64,000 nt of DNA from a virus (Duplodnaviria; Heunggongvirae; Uroviricota; Caudoviricetes): positions 1-64,000 of the IMG/VR virus record IMGVR_UViG_3300001598_000039; one strand, given 5' to 3'. Positions 42,987-54,300 of this stretch are shown here, one piece after another (position 1 is the first letter of the stretch; every line of letters starts with the position of its first letter). Position numbers and translations under genes: made by a program. Below the pieces are notes generated by a model. The model did not search any database. It saw only the letters and a program-made list of their open reading frames with translations, and had not been told where the DNA came from.

Positions 42987-43848
42987 CGCTGTAGTAGAGG
43001 AGGCTCATGTCATCGTGGTGCATCCAGCCTGTGATGTCTGTCTTGCAGTGCGCTCGGACATCAGCGACAGCCTTTGCTCCTAAGATCTGCTCAATCGCCT
43101 TCTCTAGGCGCTTGCAGTCGCATGGATCCGTCTTCAGGAACTCAATGCTCTCCCAGTCCGGCTTCTGGAGAGTGCCTTTAGCCGTAAGCCAACCAGCAAC
43201 ATATCCCCATTTGTAGCCCTTCTTGACTCCTTTGAAGGCCATAGGGAATTGCTCGTTCAGCGCCTTCGAGTCGATCGGACGAAGGACAATATGCCAGCCA
43301 TTCCTTGTAGGGACTAGGAACGCGTCGTCCGGTGTCTTTCCACAGGCGACTAGCGCATCCTTGACATAGTTGAAGACATCATCCTTGGTGACGCCATACA
43401 TCTCATCATTGTCCAGGTCGATGATCCACTTCTTGTCGCGGCTCTTGTGCATGCGGCACAGCGCTGACCTGAGGATGTGCTGGAACTTGATCGTAGGATT
43501 GTCCAAGCTGTCAAGGCAGAGCTTCAGCAAGTCAATCATGCAGTCTCTGACGGACCTAACCTGCGGCAAGATGTATGCGCGGGCATGATTTGACCTGCAG
43601 AGGTCGATGATAGTTGAGCGCTTCTTGTCATAGTACTCAACCGAAGACACCTCATACGTCTTGATCAGCCGGTTGGTCTCATTTGATCCATACTCAGTCC
43701 CGCGGACGTCTTTAGCACGGCGCAGGATCTGGATGATGTACCGGTCATAGGTGTCATTGATCTCCTTGCCGTCCTTCTTGCCACCGGTCTTGACTGCTTT
43801 CTTGAACTCAAGGTGTGGCCGAAACAAGTCAAAGTTGTCTATCGTCAT
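42976..43848 (-). CDS. Hypothetical protein (290 aa), leaderless (GGTGTAGAAT AGTTCC ATG)
   Basis: Track ORF. Confidence 0.6.
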   Translation of the reverse strand: MTIDNFDLFRPHLEFKKAVKTGGKKDGKEINDTYDRYIIQILRRAKDVRGTEYGSNETNRLIKTYEVSSVEYYDKKRSTIIDLCRSNHARAYILPQVRSVRDCMIDLLKLCLDSLDNPTIKFQHILRSALCRMHKSRDKKWIIDLDNDEMYGVTKDDVFNYVKDALVACGKTPDDAFLVPTRNGWHIVLRPIDSKALNEQFPMAFKGVKKGYKWGYVAGWLTAKGTLQKPDWESIEFLKTDPCDCKRLEKAIEQILGAKAVADVRAHCKTDITGWMHHDDMSLLYYSDDE

Positions 43849-43929
43849 GGAACTATTCTACACCGCCGGTGAGCAAAAGTTAAGCCGCACCCTTGCGAGC
43901 GCGGCTCTTTGATTCATAGAGGATAGCGC

Positions 43930-44850
43930 TTAGTCCCAAAGAGACAAAGCGTTGTCCTTCAGGTAGTTCATGACGCTATTCACCGCTACTTGGCAGCGCT
44001 GGCTGATCTTGTCGTACTGCAGACAGTCATATGTCCCAGGGTAGATCGGGAGAGGATAGTCTTTAGCCATGCCAACGGTATGGTCAGCTTTGTCCTCGAT
44101 GCCATGGTTGGTGTACCAAAGGACTAGCTTGCAGTTGAGGACAAGGCGTTCCAAGTCGGCTTTGTAGAGCTTCGAAGCGAGCTTGTCGACTTCATCCGGA
44201 TAGAGCTTCGCGAGCTGGCCATCGTCTTTGCCCTTTGCCTTCTTGGCGACGTCTGGGTTCTTCTTGTTGTACTCAGCTCTGGCGCGCTCGACGTACTGCA
44301 TTGGAAGGCCGTGCGAGTCGTAGAGATATGGGATGCGCTCGATCAAGTCCAAGAACAGCTGGTAGCCTTGGTTCCAAGTCACGCGGTCATCGTATCCTCT
44401 GAACATGCGCTGGAACGCCCACTTGATGGTGTACTTGAGGTCGCCGAGCATAATGAACGGCCGCTTGATTGCCCACCAGACAGTCTCATACCATGGCTCT
44501 TCATTGCGCCAAGCTTCGAGCTGCTCACTGAAGTCATCATACTCCTTGCGCTTGCCATCTTTGCCTTGGCAGATGATCCCACTGGCGTAGTCATAGTAGT
44601 ACTTGTACTGCTTGTTGGCCATGCGGATGTAGTCCTTCAGCTCCTTAAGAGCCTCCGGATGGCCTTTCGCCTTGAAGCGCTTCATTGTGACCTTCTTGGC
44701 CTTGCCGGTCTTAGCATCAGTCTCGATCCTGATGATCCGGAAGTCACGGAGATCTTGTTCACCGCGCTTCTTGGCCGCGGCAATGCTCTTCTTTGCTCGC
44801 TCAGTCTCTTCAGTGATGAACTTGGCGTCGCCTTCTGTCATGACTTTCAT
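43930..44850 (-). CDS. Hypothetical protein (306 aa)
   Basis: Track ORF. Confidence 0.6.
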   Translation of the reverse strand: MKVMTEGDAKFITEETERAKKSIAAAKKRGEQDLRDFRIIRIETDAKTGKAKKVTMKRFKAKGHPEALKELKDYIRMANKQYKYYYDYASGIICQGKDGKRKEYDDFSEQLEAWRNEEPWYETVWWAIKRPFIMLGDLKYTIKWAFQRMFRGYDDRVTWNQGYQLFLDLIERIPYLYDSHGLPMQYVERARAEYNKKNPDVAKKAKGKDDGQLAKLYPDEVDKLASKLYKADLERLVLNCKLVLWYTNHGIEDKADHTVGMAKDYPLPIYPGTYDCLQYDKISQRCQVAVNSVMNYLKDNALSLWD

Positions 44851-44865
44851 AAGTCTGTCCCTTGT

Positions 44866-45063
44866 TCAGCGGCGCAGCATTTGGCCGTTTGCCTTGTAGA
44901 CAACCGTCTTGCCGTTCCGCATGGTGATAGCAACCTTAGCATTGTTGCCTGATCCTGTCACTTGCGCATTGACGATCTCATCAGACACCCGAAAGCGGCG
45001 GATGATCTGCTTAGTGTCATTGTAGAGGTCGCAAGCTTTGCCTTTGAAGTTGGTGTAGTACAT
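44866..45063 (-). CDS. Hypothetical protein (65 aa)
   Basis: Track ORF. Confidence 0.5.
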   Translation of the reverse strand: MYYTNFKGKACDLYNDTKQIIRRFRVSDEIVNAQVTGSGNNAKVAITMRNGKTVVYKANGQMLRR

Positions 45064-45114
45064 AGTCTAGTGTCCTCAGTCTACTTACTGTTCAGTCCTT
45101 GCTCAAATTGTACC

Positions 45115-46089
45115 TCAGCAGATGAAGCATGAAGCTATCGCCAAGTCAATCTCCTTCGCCCGTTTCTTCATCTTCGCCTCTTGGCTTTTCGTCAATGGGT
45201 CTTTCACAAGCTCCCATGTATCGGTGTCAAGATAAGTGTTTGGGTTGAAGGTTGTGTCTTCAAAGTAGCCGCAGTAGCCGCGGGCATTCATGACGACCAA
45301 ACATGTTGACCCATCTTTGCGCTCAATTGGGATCGCCTTCTGGTCATGGATGTGGCCGCAACACCAAGCTTTGATCGACGGATGCTTCTCTATAAACCAC
45401 TCTAGTTGGCTGACATAGGACGCATTGACGCAGCTGTCTCGGTACGATGACTGAATGCAGCGGTCAGTCGGGCAATGATGAGTAAGGATCACAACAGGCT
45501 TTGGTTGGTCGCCAGCTTCATTAGCCGCAAGCTCCTCTTCAAAGCGCTCTATTGTCCGGTTGAACCAGCGGAGGTAGTGCTCAGGCGAAAGCTTGGTGTA
45601 GGTGAACTGGTCATCCTGGCCAAGGAAAGGCGCCTTTGCGTATGGAGCGAAGTGCCAATCATTCATCCCTCGATGTGGATGGACTGCAAGCCGCATGTTC
45701 AGCTGTTGGTCGTTCTCGCTTGGAGTCGCGCAGTATGGGAGCTTGTAATCTGTGTAGAGTGTGCTTCCCAAGAAGATGATGCCATTGACTTCCTTCTTGT
45801 AGACTCCAACATTGACATCGAGGTAGGTGATCGCCGACTCAGCTGGAAATGCCGCTGACAACTCATTCTTGAGATCCTGGATGCAGACTCCAGACCGGCG
45901 AGTGTAAGCAAGATGGTTGCCTGAGACAATCAGCCCATTCTGAATGTTCTTTTTTGCCCATTTGATGACCTGCGCGGTGTCTCCTGACGTATCGCCGCAC
46001 AGGACAGTGAAAACATCATTGTTCCTGAGACTGAACGAATGGGCGGCGTTCACATCGAGATGCAAGTCTGAAAGCACACGGATCTTCAT
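45115..46089 (-). CDS. Calcineurin-like metallophosphoesterase (324 aa)
   Basis: GDTSGD, GNH and GHIHD motifs; leaderless GCATGATATAAT AGGCTT ATG. Confidence 0.7.
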   Translation of the reverse strand: MKIRVLSDLHLDVNAAHSFSLRNNDVFTVLCGDTSGDTAQVIKWAKKNIQNGLIVSGNHLAYTRRSGVCIQDLKNELSAAFPAESAITYLDVNVGVYKKEVNGIIFLGSTLYTDYKLPYCATPSENDQQLNMRLAVHPHRGMNDWHFAPYAKAPFLGQDDQFTYTKLSPEHYLRWFNRTIERFEEELAANEAGDQPKPVVILTHHCPTDRCIQSSYRDSCVNASYVSQLEWFIEKHPSIKAWCCGHIHDQKAIPIERKDGSTCLVVMNARGYCGYFEDTTFNPNTYLDTDTWELVKDPLTKSQEAKMKKRAKEIDLAIASCFIC

Positions 46090-46101
46090 AAGCCTATTAT
46101 A

Positions 46102-46596
46102 TCATGCTTGTGGCTTGCGGTCAAAGTCCCAATCTTGCCATGGCCCAGGATAGCTCTTCCATTCATGGTAGGTGTCAATCTCATACTCTGCGGTGAAACG
46201 AGTGTTTTCCTCGAAAGAGAGCATGATTGTATGCCCGTCATAGCCGTACTTCTCCAAGACGCTGTACATGTAGCCAACAATCAGCACTCTGCATGCCTCA
46301 TTGAACATCTCTCGTTCCTCGCGGTCAAACATCTGGCCGTACTTGCTGTCAATGATGGTCTTGCACAGCTCTTTCCAGCCTTGCTCTTTGATGTAGGTGT
46401 CGCGATGCTTGTTTCCAGCGCAAGTCACATAGCTCCTGTCAAGGCAGATTTCCCTCGAAAGCCCTTTGACCAGAGTCTTGAGCTTGTCAAACTCCTCTTC
46501 AGTATAGTCCTCCTCATCAACTGTGCAGTCTAGGCAGACATGCTTGAACGTGATGACCAAGTCTGGATATGCTGTTGTCTTGCGCCTACGAGGCAT
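46102..46596 (-). CDS. Hypothetical protein (164 aa)
   Basis: Track ORF. Confidence 0.55.
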   Translation of the reverse strand: MPRRRKTTAYPDLVITFKHVCLDCTVDEEDYTEEEFDKLKTLVKGLSREICLDRSYVTCAGNKHRDTYIKEQGWKELCKTIIDSKYGQMFDREEREMFNEACRVLIVGYMYSVLEKYGYDGHTIMLSFEENTRFTAEYEIDTYHEWKSYPGPWQDWDFDRKPQA

Positions 46597-46597
46597 T

Positions 46598-46837
46598 TCA
46601 GTTTCCCTTCTTCCTAGAGAATGTCTGCATCAGGAGTATGGCAATGCACCATACGAAGCATGAGGCGAAGTAGACTTCAACAACAAGCGCCAATGGCAGC
46701 CAAAGCGGCGAAAGTACCCAAATCCAAGGCCAGGTAAGTATACCTAACAGCTTGAAGGCAACAAAATGGACCGCAAGCAATGCGGAGAACAAGAAGTTTG
46801 GCCCAGTTATGCTCCATTTTGATGGTGTAGAATGCAT
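46598..46837 (-). CDS. 79-aa membrane protein with 2-3 TM helices (holin-like candidate), leaderless
   Basis: GGGTATAAT GTTGCT ATG; hydrophobic. Confidence 0.5.
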   Translation of the reverse strand: MHSTPSKWSITGPNFLFSALLAVHFVAFKLLGILTWPWIWVLSPLWLPLALVVEVYFASCFVWCIAILLMQTFSRKKGN

Positions 46838-46864
46838 AGCAACATTATACCCGTGGGCGATAGG

Positions 46865-46876
46865 CGAAGTAAATAA
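46865..46876 (+). promoter_or_regulatory. Class III late-like motif GCGAAGTAAATAA ahead of the fibre genes
   Basis: Consensus match; GAAGGG RBS before ATG 46907. Confidence 0.5.
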
Positions 46877-46906
46877 AAACACGCCACGAACGAAGGGCCT
46901 AACGAA

Positions 46907-49900
46907 CATGTCTACATACACAGATCTTCACAACAGAGTCAAAGAAACGCTCAACGTTGACTTCCACTCACGCATTACGCCCCAACGCGCTCGCTTCCTG
47001 AACGAGGAGAATGAGTACTGGGGAACTTTCTCCGGAACGCTCTCAGCGGATGACATCGACGTCAATGGCGGAACTCTCACCAATGTGAAGGTCAACCATG
47101 CGACACTTAGCGACGTCACACTGAAGACAAGCGACGGAACTTCGATCGACATGAACTCGCTGGCGAATGACGTCCAGCAGATCTCCGCTGTCGCTTACAC
47201 AGAGATCCCTAAGATCTACGGCGACATCCGCTACCTTTCAGGCCAGATCAGCTCATCTGACACTAAGTTCGAGGAGTTCAAAGCTGAGACGAACGGCAAG
47301 TTCGACTATGTGAGCGCAGCGATCAGCAACGAGGTCGCAGATAGAATCAGCGCCGATACAGCTATCTATGAGACGGTTGATTCAGTCTCATGCAAGCTCT
47401 CTACAGACTATGTTGCCCGCATCGCCACCGAGAAGAGCGAGCGAGTCGCCTTCGACAACCAGCTTGACACCAAGATCGACCAGCGCGTTGATGCGGAAGC
47501 AGCCGCTCGTGCAGCGGCTGACACAGAGCTTTCAGACAGCTTCCTGTCTGCGCTCTACCATGACAAGCACTACACGCTGAACCCAGTCGACACGACGGTC
47601 TACCCATACGTCACGAAGGAGTTCGCCGTCAACATCATCACCAACAAGCTTGCAGATGCGCTAGTCTATGACCAAGTCAATGGCAAGCAAGTCGGCAAGA
47701 TTGAAGGCGACGTTGATTCGTTCACTTTCACCGCTTTCGGCAACATTGATGAAGAGTACAAAGTTGGCCTTGTTCCTGGATATGGCTATGACTTCAAGAA
47801 CGGCGTCACCCAGCTCTACACAATCAATGGCTACCAGCTCGTCGTTGAGAAGGGCACAACCCTCACTTCAACTAAGATCACTCTCAAGCCAACGGCGACT
47901 GAGTACTATAAGCTCAATTGGGACAAGACTGCAGAAGAACGCCTGATGCTTGGCCGCATCACCGCTGCATACGCAAACCCAGCGAACAAGGTGCTCAGCG
48001 GCTTCGTCACGGTCAACACGACTGACTCGACGATGGCGGCATTCAACGTCCAGTACGCTGAGTTCAACAACACAACAAAGACGGACATCAGCGTCACCAA
48101 CAGCGACGTCATCACCTACAACGGTGACAACACCTTCGACTTCAAGAAGAACATCGCTGACTACAAGTACATCTCCCTCAGCAACACTTTGGCTGAAGGC
48201 GCTCCTATCTTCGGCAAGGTCTACGAGATCGACGTCGACAAGGAAGGCGAGACATTGAAGTCTGTCCGAGTCAAGCTTCTGGACAAGGTTGACAAGGTTG
48301 AGCTCACTCAGGAGAACGGCTTCAAGGCTGAAGTCTCTGGTGACCTCTCAAGCACCACTTACCTCAGTGCATCTGACAGCCTGGTGTTCCATGAGCGCAA
48401 GGAGGCGATCCGCTACAAGTACGGCTTCTATGATGAGACCGACACATCTTTCGCAACTCCAGTCGGCTACATCGCAATCACAGACCTCAACACCAAGATG
48501 TCTGATGACTTCGACTGCACGCTCAGTGCTGACTTGACGACGATCGAGAAGATCCCTGAGCTCAAGCGCAAGTTCGAGCTCACCCGTACGCCTGGCACAA
48601 GCAAATGGACAACCGGCCAGACGGTTGAGGGCAATGTCATCACCATCGAGTTCGACAAGGAAGCAAAGACCTTTGACTACACGATCGTCACAGCGGTCCA
48701 CCACAAAGTCATTCAGGCGAGCTTCATCACCAACAACACGACGGTGTTCGTCGATGAGGACTTCTCCGAGGACATCGCGAAGTCGCAAGCAGTTGTGCTT
48801 GACTTCACTGGTTCGCCGCATGAGCTGATCCCAGAGAAGACCTTCCGCGTCAACGTCGGAGAGAAGGTCACCGAAGTTGGCCCAACCTGGGTGTTTGACC
48901 CTAAGACGGCCGGTATGGATGTCGTCAAGATGGTTGTCCCCAACAAGAAGGCGGACGACATCAGCCGCGAAGAGGTCATCGTCACCAAGTTTGAGACTGG
49001 AACGCTTGGTGGAAGCGTCCAGGTGAAGTTCATTGATGAGCTTGGCCGTGACATCCGGGTCTACAATGAGAAGAGCCTCACTTATCGCGTCCCAACCAAC
49101 ACTTACACGACCTTCAAGATCCAAGAGGTCCAGCCTGACATCTTCTTGCTGGTGGACCTCAATGAGAACTCTCAGGAAGGCCGCCTCGCAAAGCTGCGCG
49201 AGGACCTCAACAATGAGATCAGTGCCCGCAAGGATGACTCTGAGTTCCTCTCAGCAGGACTTAGCGGACTCAGCGGCCAAGTTGAAGACCTCAGCGCCGA
49301 AGTCTCAGGCATCATTACGCGCGACCGCAAGGACCTTACGTACTTCGGTGAGCTCAACTATGTCGACGACACGGTTGACAAGCACCTGAGCTGCTTCCTC
49401 CGCAACCAGTCGCGTTGGTACGGCCAGGATGACTACAAGTTCCACTACGGCTTCATGTACCGCCTGTCAGCCGAGCAGTCGCACTTGATTGACTCGACTG
49501 GAGCAACTAACTACCTCGGCGTCAACGACTACATCATCTTCAACAAGGAGCGCACGCTCAGCGACGTCACCTTCAACGACATGGTGATGATCCGCGACGC
49601 CGCGGGTGAAGCTGCAGCAATGCAGAAGTGGGTGTGTGACAACTTCGTCACTCTCAGCGGTGGTAATGAGATCCGCGGCACAAATACATTCACTGGAGTA
49701 CTTTCAGCTAAGGATGCCAAAGTCGACTACCTCAGCGCGGCAAAGGTAGATGTGGTCAACCTCAGCGGCTCCTACTACGACTTCACCAGCGGAAAGATCC
49801 ACGACCTCGAGGTCACTGGAAAGCTGACAGTCCATGAGACTGAGACCGAAGCCGACATCGACAAGCTCTCAGCGAACACCGCAATGATCACTTCAGCTGG

Positions 49901-50042
49901 CATCAGCGTCGAAGTGGTTGGCAAGTCGACAGTCACATCTGCTGAAGTCACAAACCTCACCGCGACAGCAGCTAAGGTCACAAACCTAACGGCTGACTCG
50001 CTCAACAACATCTACATTGGAGACCGCAGCAAGACTCTCTAG
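46907..50042 (+). CDS. Large tail-fibre-like protein (1045 aa); ends at an in-frame TAG
   Basis: Track ORF from the internal ATG MSTYTDL; 25-aa LSxGLSGxxxDLSAEVSG-type repeats near the C-terminus. Confidence 0.7.
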
Positions 50043-51278
50043 AGCATCATCGACCTGTCAGTTGACAACCTCAGCGCGCAGATCAGTGCAACGTCATGTG
50101 ACCTCTCCAATTGGCTCAACAACCTTCAGCTCAGTGTTGGAGGAGTCAGCGCCATTGTTGATGCGCTGAGCACGGGGCTTTCAGGAAAGATCGATGCGCT
50201 TGAACTGAGCGTCAATGGAGTCTCCGGCTTGGTTGACCAACTCAGCGGAGAGCTCAATACGACATCTGGACTCCTCAGCAACCAAATCACCGCTCTCTGG
50301 GCGGATGTGAAAGGTGGAGTCAACTACAAAGGCCACCTCAAGTCCTACCGCGACGCTGAAGAGAAGACTGTTGACCTGTCAGCGATCTACCTCCACAGCT
50401 TCAGCGAGTACACACCAGGGACGCTCCTGAACAATGGCTGGATGTACTGCTTCACAACGGAAGAGGCTACGAAGAAGTACACGACGAAGGATGGCATTGC
50501 TCTTGAAGACCGTGACTACATCATCGTCCACAGCCATAGCGACCTCTCGGCAGTCCCAGTCTCAGCAATTGGCCGCTCGACGATTGACATCATCGACGCA
50601 GCTGATGATGACTATGTCCGCATCGACCTCCTCGCTAAGGTCTCCGCTGACCTGTCAACAGACTACAGCGGCAAGATCAACAACCTGACGCTCAGCGTCA
50701 GCGGCATCAGCGGAGTTGTCAACAGCCTTTCCGCTGGACTCTCCGGCAAGATCGACAGCCTCGAGCTGAGCGTCAATGGAGTCAGCGCGGTAGTCAATGC
50801 TCTCAGCAATGGCCTCTCTGTCAAGATTGACGCATTGGAGCTCAGTGCAAACGGCATCAGCAATGTGGTTGATGCGGTCAGCGCCGGGCTTTCGACGAAG
50901 ATCGATGCCCTTGAGCTCAGTGCAAATGGCATCAGTGGCATCATCGATGCCCTCAGCGCAGGATTGAGCGGCAAGATCGACGCGCTTGAGCTCAGCACAA
51001 ACGGCATCTCCGGCGTAGTTGATGCGTTGAGCGCCGGCCTCTCTGGAAAGATTGACCAGCTCGAGCTCAGCGTCGCAGGAATCAGCTCGCGGTTTGATGG
51101 CCTCAGCGACCACCTCTCATTCACCCTCAGCGGAATCAGCAGGGAGAAGGATGCGGTCCATGACATCAGCTCGGACAACCTGATCATCACTGACGAGCAG
51201 GTCTCTCCTGGACATGTCCACAACCGCTACTACATGACCTTCCTCAGCGGAACTTTGGTGCTGAACCCAATCGCATAA
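50043..51278 (+). CDS. Fibre segment in the same frame as 46907..50042, separated only by TAG 50040-50042. It carries a 25-aa (75-bp) tandem repeat array, and coding continues upstream of the first possible start (TTG 50229)
   Basis: Repeat unit ELSVNGVSAVVNALSNGLSVKIDAL x>=7; no in-frame ATG or GTG between the TAG and 50229. Confidence 0.55.
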   Translation, partial: SIIDLSVDNLSAQISATSCDLSNWLNNLQLSVGGVSAIVDALSTGLSGKIDALELSVNGVSGLVDQLSGELNTTSGLLSNQITALWADVKGGVNYKGHLKSYRDAEEKTVDLSAIYLHSFSEYTPGTLLNNGWMYCFTTEEATKKYTTKDGIALEDRDYIIVHSHSDLSAVPVSAIGRSTIDIIDAADDDYVRIDLLAKVSADLSTDYSGKINNLTLSVSGISGVVNSLSAGLSGKIDSLELSVNGVSAVVNALSNGLSVKIDALELSANGISNVVDAVSAGLSTKIDALELSANGISGIIDALSAGLSGKIDALELSTNGISGVVDALSAGLSGKIDQLELSVAGISSRFDGLSDHLSFTLSGISREKDAVHDISSDNLIITDEQVSPGHVHNRYYMTFLSGTLVLNPIA

Positions 51279-51316
51279 CCAGGGCAAACGACAGAATCTA
51301 AAAGGTAAGTAAGAAC

Positions 51317-54300
51317 ATGAGCACATACACGCAGGAACAACCAAACATCTTCATCCTGAACGACAAGAACATTGTCCATGGGCTGAATGGTGATACGCCG
51401 CTTGGCCATAACCCAATCCCATCCCTGAGCTTGCATGTTGAGTCGTACAAGACTCTCAGCGGAATGGCAGATGGCATCAGCGCAGTGGTTGATTCGCTCT
51501 CATCAGGCCTCAGCGGAAAGATTGACCAGCTTGAACTCAGTGCGAACGGCATCAGTGGATACGTTGACAAGCTGGAGCTTAGCGCTTCTGGCATCAGCGG
51601 AATCGTCAATAGCCTTAGTGCTGGCCTCAGCGGAAAGATTGACGCCTTAGAGCTCTCAGTCAAAGGCGTAAGTGCAGTTGTTGATGCTCTAAGTGCTGGC
51701 CTCAGTGGAAAGATCGATGCAGTCCAGCTCTCTGTTGCTGGACTCTCTAACTACACCAAAGACCTTGCACTCAGTGCAACCGGACTCAGCGACAGCATCT
51801 CAGCGTTGGCGCTCAGCGTCAACGGAGTGAGCGGAGTCGTAGATGCCAACAAGGCTGCTTCAGAGCAGCGCGATGTGTATCTCTCAGGAGTCATCTCCAA
51901 CATCATCTCAGCTGACCTCTATGCCCTGAGTGGGGAAGTTTCTGCAGTTTCAAGCGCTCTTGACCTCAAGATCGAGACACTTTCGACTGACCTCAGCGAT
52001 ACTGTGAACAAGCAGTTTGTCCACATCAGTGGCGACACGATTGGTGGATCGCTCTCTGTTTCTGGCACAACGACAATCAGCAGCGACCTGATCGCGAAGA
52101 AGTCACTCTACGTCGGAACAAATGTGACTACGACCGAGGACGTCAACACAATCGTCCTTGGCGACCGCACTTCTCCTGCTGGCCGTGATTCCTTCGTGTG
52201 GAACGGCAACAACGGCGCGGTCTATGATGTCACAACTCATGGCACACACGGCACGTTCAACATCAATCCTGAAGGCGGACTCAATGGCCTCTACATTGGC
52301 CAAGAGACTCTGTCGACAACGTTCAGCAAGTACCAGCTTACTGCAACAATGCCAACAGACCTCAGCGACTTCACTAATGGCGCTGGATATGCGCTTTCGG
52401 CTGATGTCCCAACTAAGGTCTCCCAGGTCGAGAACGACGCCGCATTCCTGAGTGCCGAAGACTTTGACCTCAGCTCAGACACCACAAACCACAAGATCAT
52501 CCTTGTTGCTGGAGACAAGACATACTCTATCGACACGACAGACTTCATCAAGTCCCGGATGATCTACAAGGCGCAGATCACCACAAACCTCTCTGGTGAG
52601 AAGGTCCTCCGCCTTTGGTTCAGCGCTTCTGAGACAGACTTCATTGACATCGTCCTCACAGACCTCGTCAAGATCTACACAGCCGGCTACGGCATCAGCG
52701 TGGACAACGAGTACCGCATCCATGTCACAGACGTCATCGCCAAGAAAGTTGACCTTGATGCAGTGAGCGGCGCAGTCGACACAATCAACAACTCGACGGT
52801 GCCTTACCTCAGCGGAGTCATCAGCGGAACGCTCAGTGACATCACTGACCTCCGCCTCTATGCTGACAGCCTCAGCAACACGACGGTCATCGATCCTGGC
52901 GAGAAGTACCCAACTTACAAGGGAACGATCCCAACGCTCTCAAGTGCGATCGCCAAGCTCCGTGATGAGATCGGCAGCGGAATGACGCTTGCTGGCCACA
53001 TCCAGCTTGCACGCAACACAAGCAGCCCTTACGTCCCAACTTACAATGATGACACGCTCTCTGGCATCTTCCGCTACTTCAACCTTGCTGAACAAGGCAA
53101 GCTCCGCAGCGGAAACGTCTATGAGGTGAGCATCACTGGCCTCGACTACACAAGCACGACCGACCTGCAGAACTCCTTCTTCATGACGAAGGACGCAACA
53201 CCAATCAAGCTTGCGCATCGTGACCACATCATCATCCACAGCCATGACGGTGGTGACATCCGCCTTGAAGACGTCGCCAACTACATGGAGGTCATCCCGG
53301 CGGTCCGCTACTTTGAGTACTACAGACTGAGCGGCGCTACTGACGCTCTCTGTGCAGCGGTCGACTACCTCTCAGGAACGCCGTCTAACAAGGTGATGAT
53401 CAGCACAGACTGCACTCTCGAAGCGCTCTCAGCTGAAGGCTATCCTTACAACACCGGCGACATCCTGATCATCAAGAGCACGATTCTCCCATCGATCGGG
53501 ACGAATCCGGCCAAGTACCAGCATACCGCATACGTCTACGACGATGAAGTTGATGACTTCAAGCAGATGGATGACAACTATGCTCTTGACCATGTCTACG
53601 TCAACAATGAGTTCACATACTCTGGCCCATGGACGAAGATCGGCAACATCGACAAGCAGAGCACAGACATCATCTCTGTTGCAACGACACAATGCTCGCT
53701 GACGGACATGTTCAAGCAGATCTTCTCTAAGAAGGAAGCTCCAACAAAGACCAAGACTCCTGCTGAGACGCTGACAGTCAAGAACGGCACTGCGACATTG
53801 AACTCCTACTATGAAGCAGGAACAACAATCACGCCGGCACTCACAGCGAACATCAGCCGTGGCTGCTTCACTCCATGGCATGTCCTCAGCAGTGGCCTTG
53901 ACACATATCGCCAGAATCCAACTGGCCTGTCTGACTTCACACTCCAGATCACTGACACCTATGGCCAGTCTGTGACAAGCAGCTACACATCAGCCGACAC
54001 CCGCACTGGAGCACAGCTTACTGGTGAGACCAACAACTACAACATGCTTTCGACGTTGACACCGGTCAAACTGGTCATCGACAAGGACTATGTTGCTACA
54101 GCTAAGGTCACTTACAACACCAGCAACTTCGCTTTGGACAATGAGGGTGAGACGACTACACTCAAGTTCGATGGAACTACGCTGACGAAGACCTCTGGTA
54201 CGGTCATCCCATACTACAAGGTGTTCTACGGCACAAAGACTTCGAAGGCGCAGGACATGTCGACTTGCGACTCAGCGTACATCCGTGGAACAGGCATGGC

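Noticed and set aside
42976-46089. Four consecutive minus-strand genes share the same reading frame
   Set aside because: The intervening stops are TAA or TGA and each gene has its own leaderless promoter; this is coincidental. The same reasoning applies to 32539..33144 versus 33148, which are separated by TGA with an RBS.
50650-51100. Regular 75-bp repeats, which could in principle be mistaken for a CRISPR array
   Set aside because: The repeats are in-frame and coding (a 25-aa protein repeat), there are no unique spacers, and the same unit recurs in neighbouring fibre genes.
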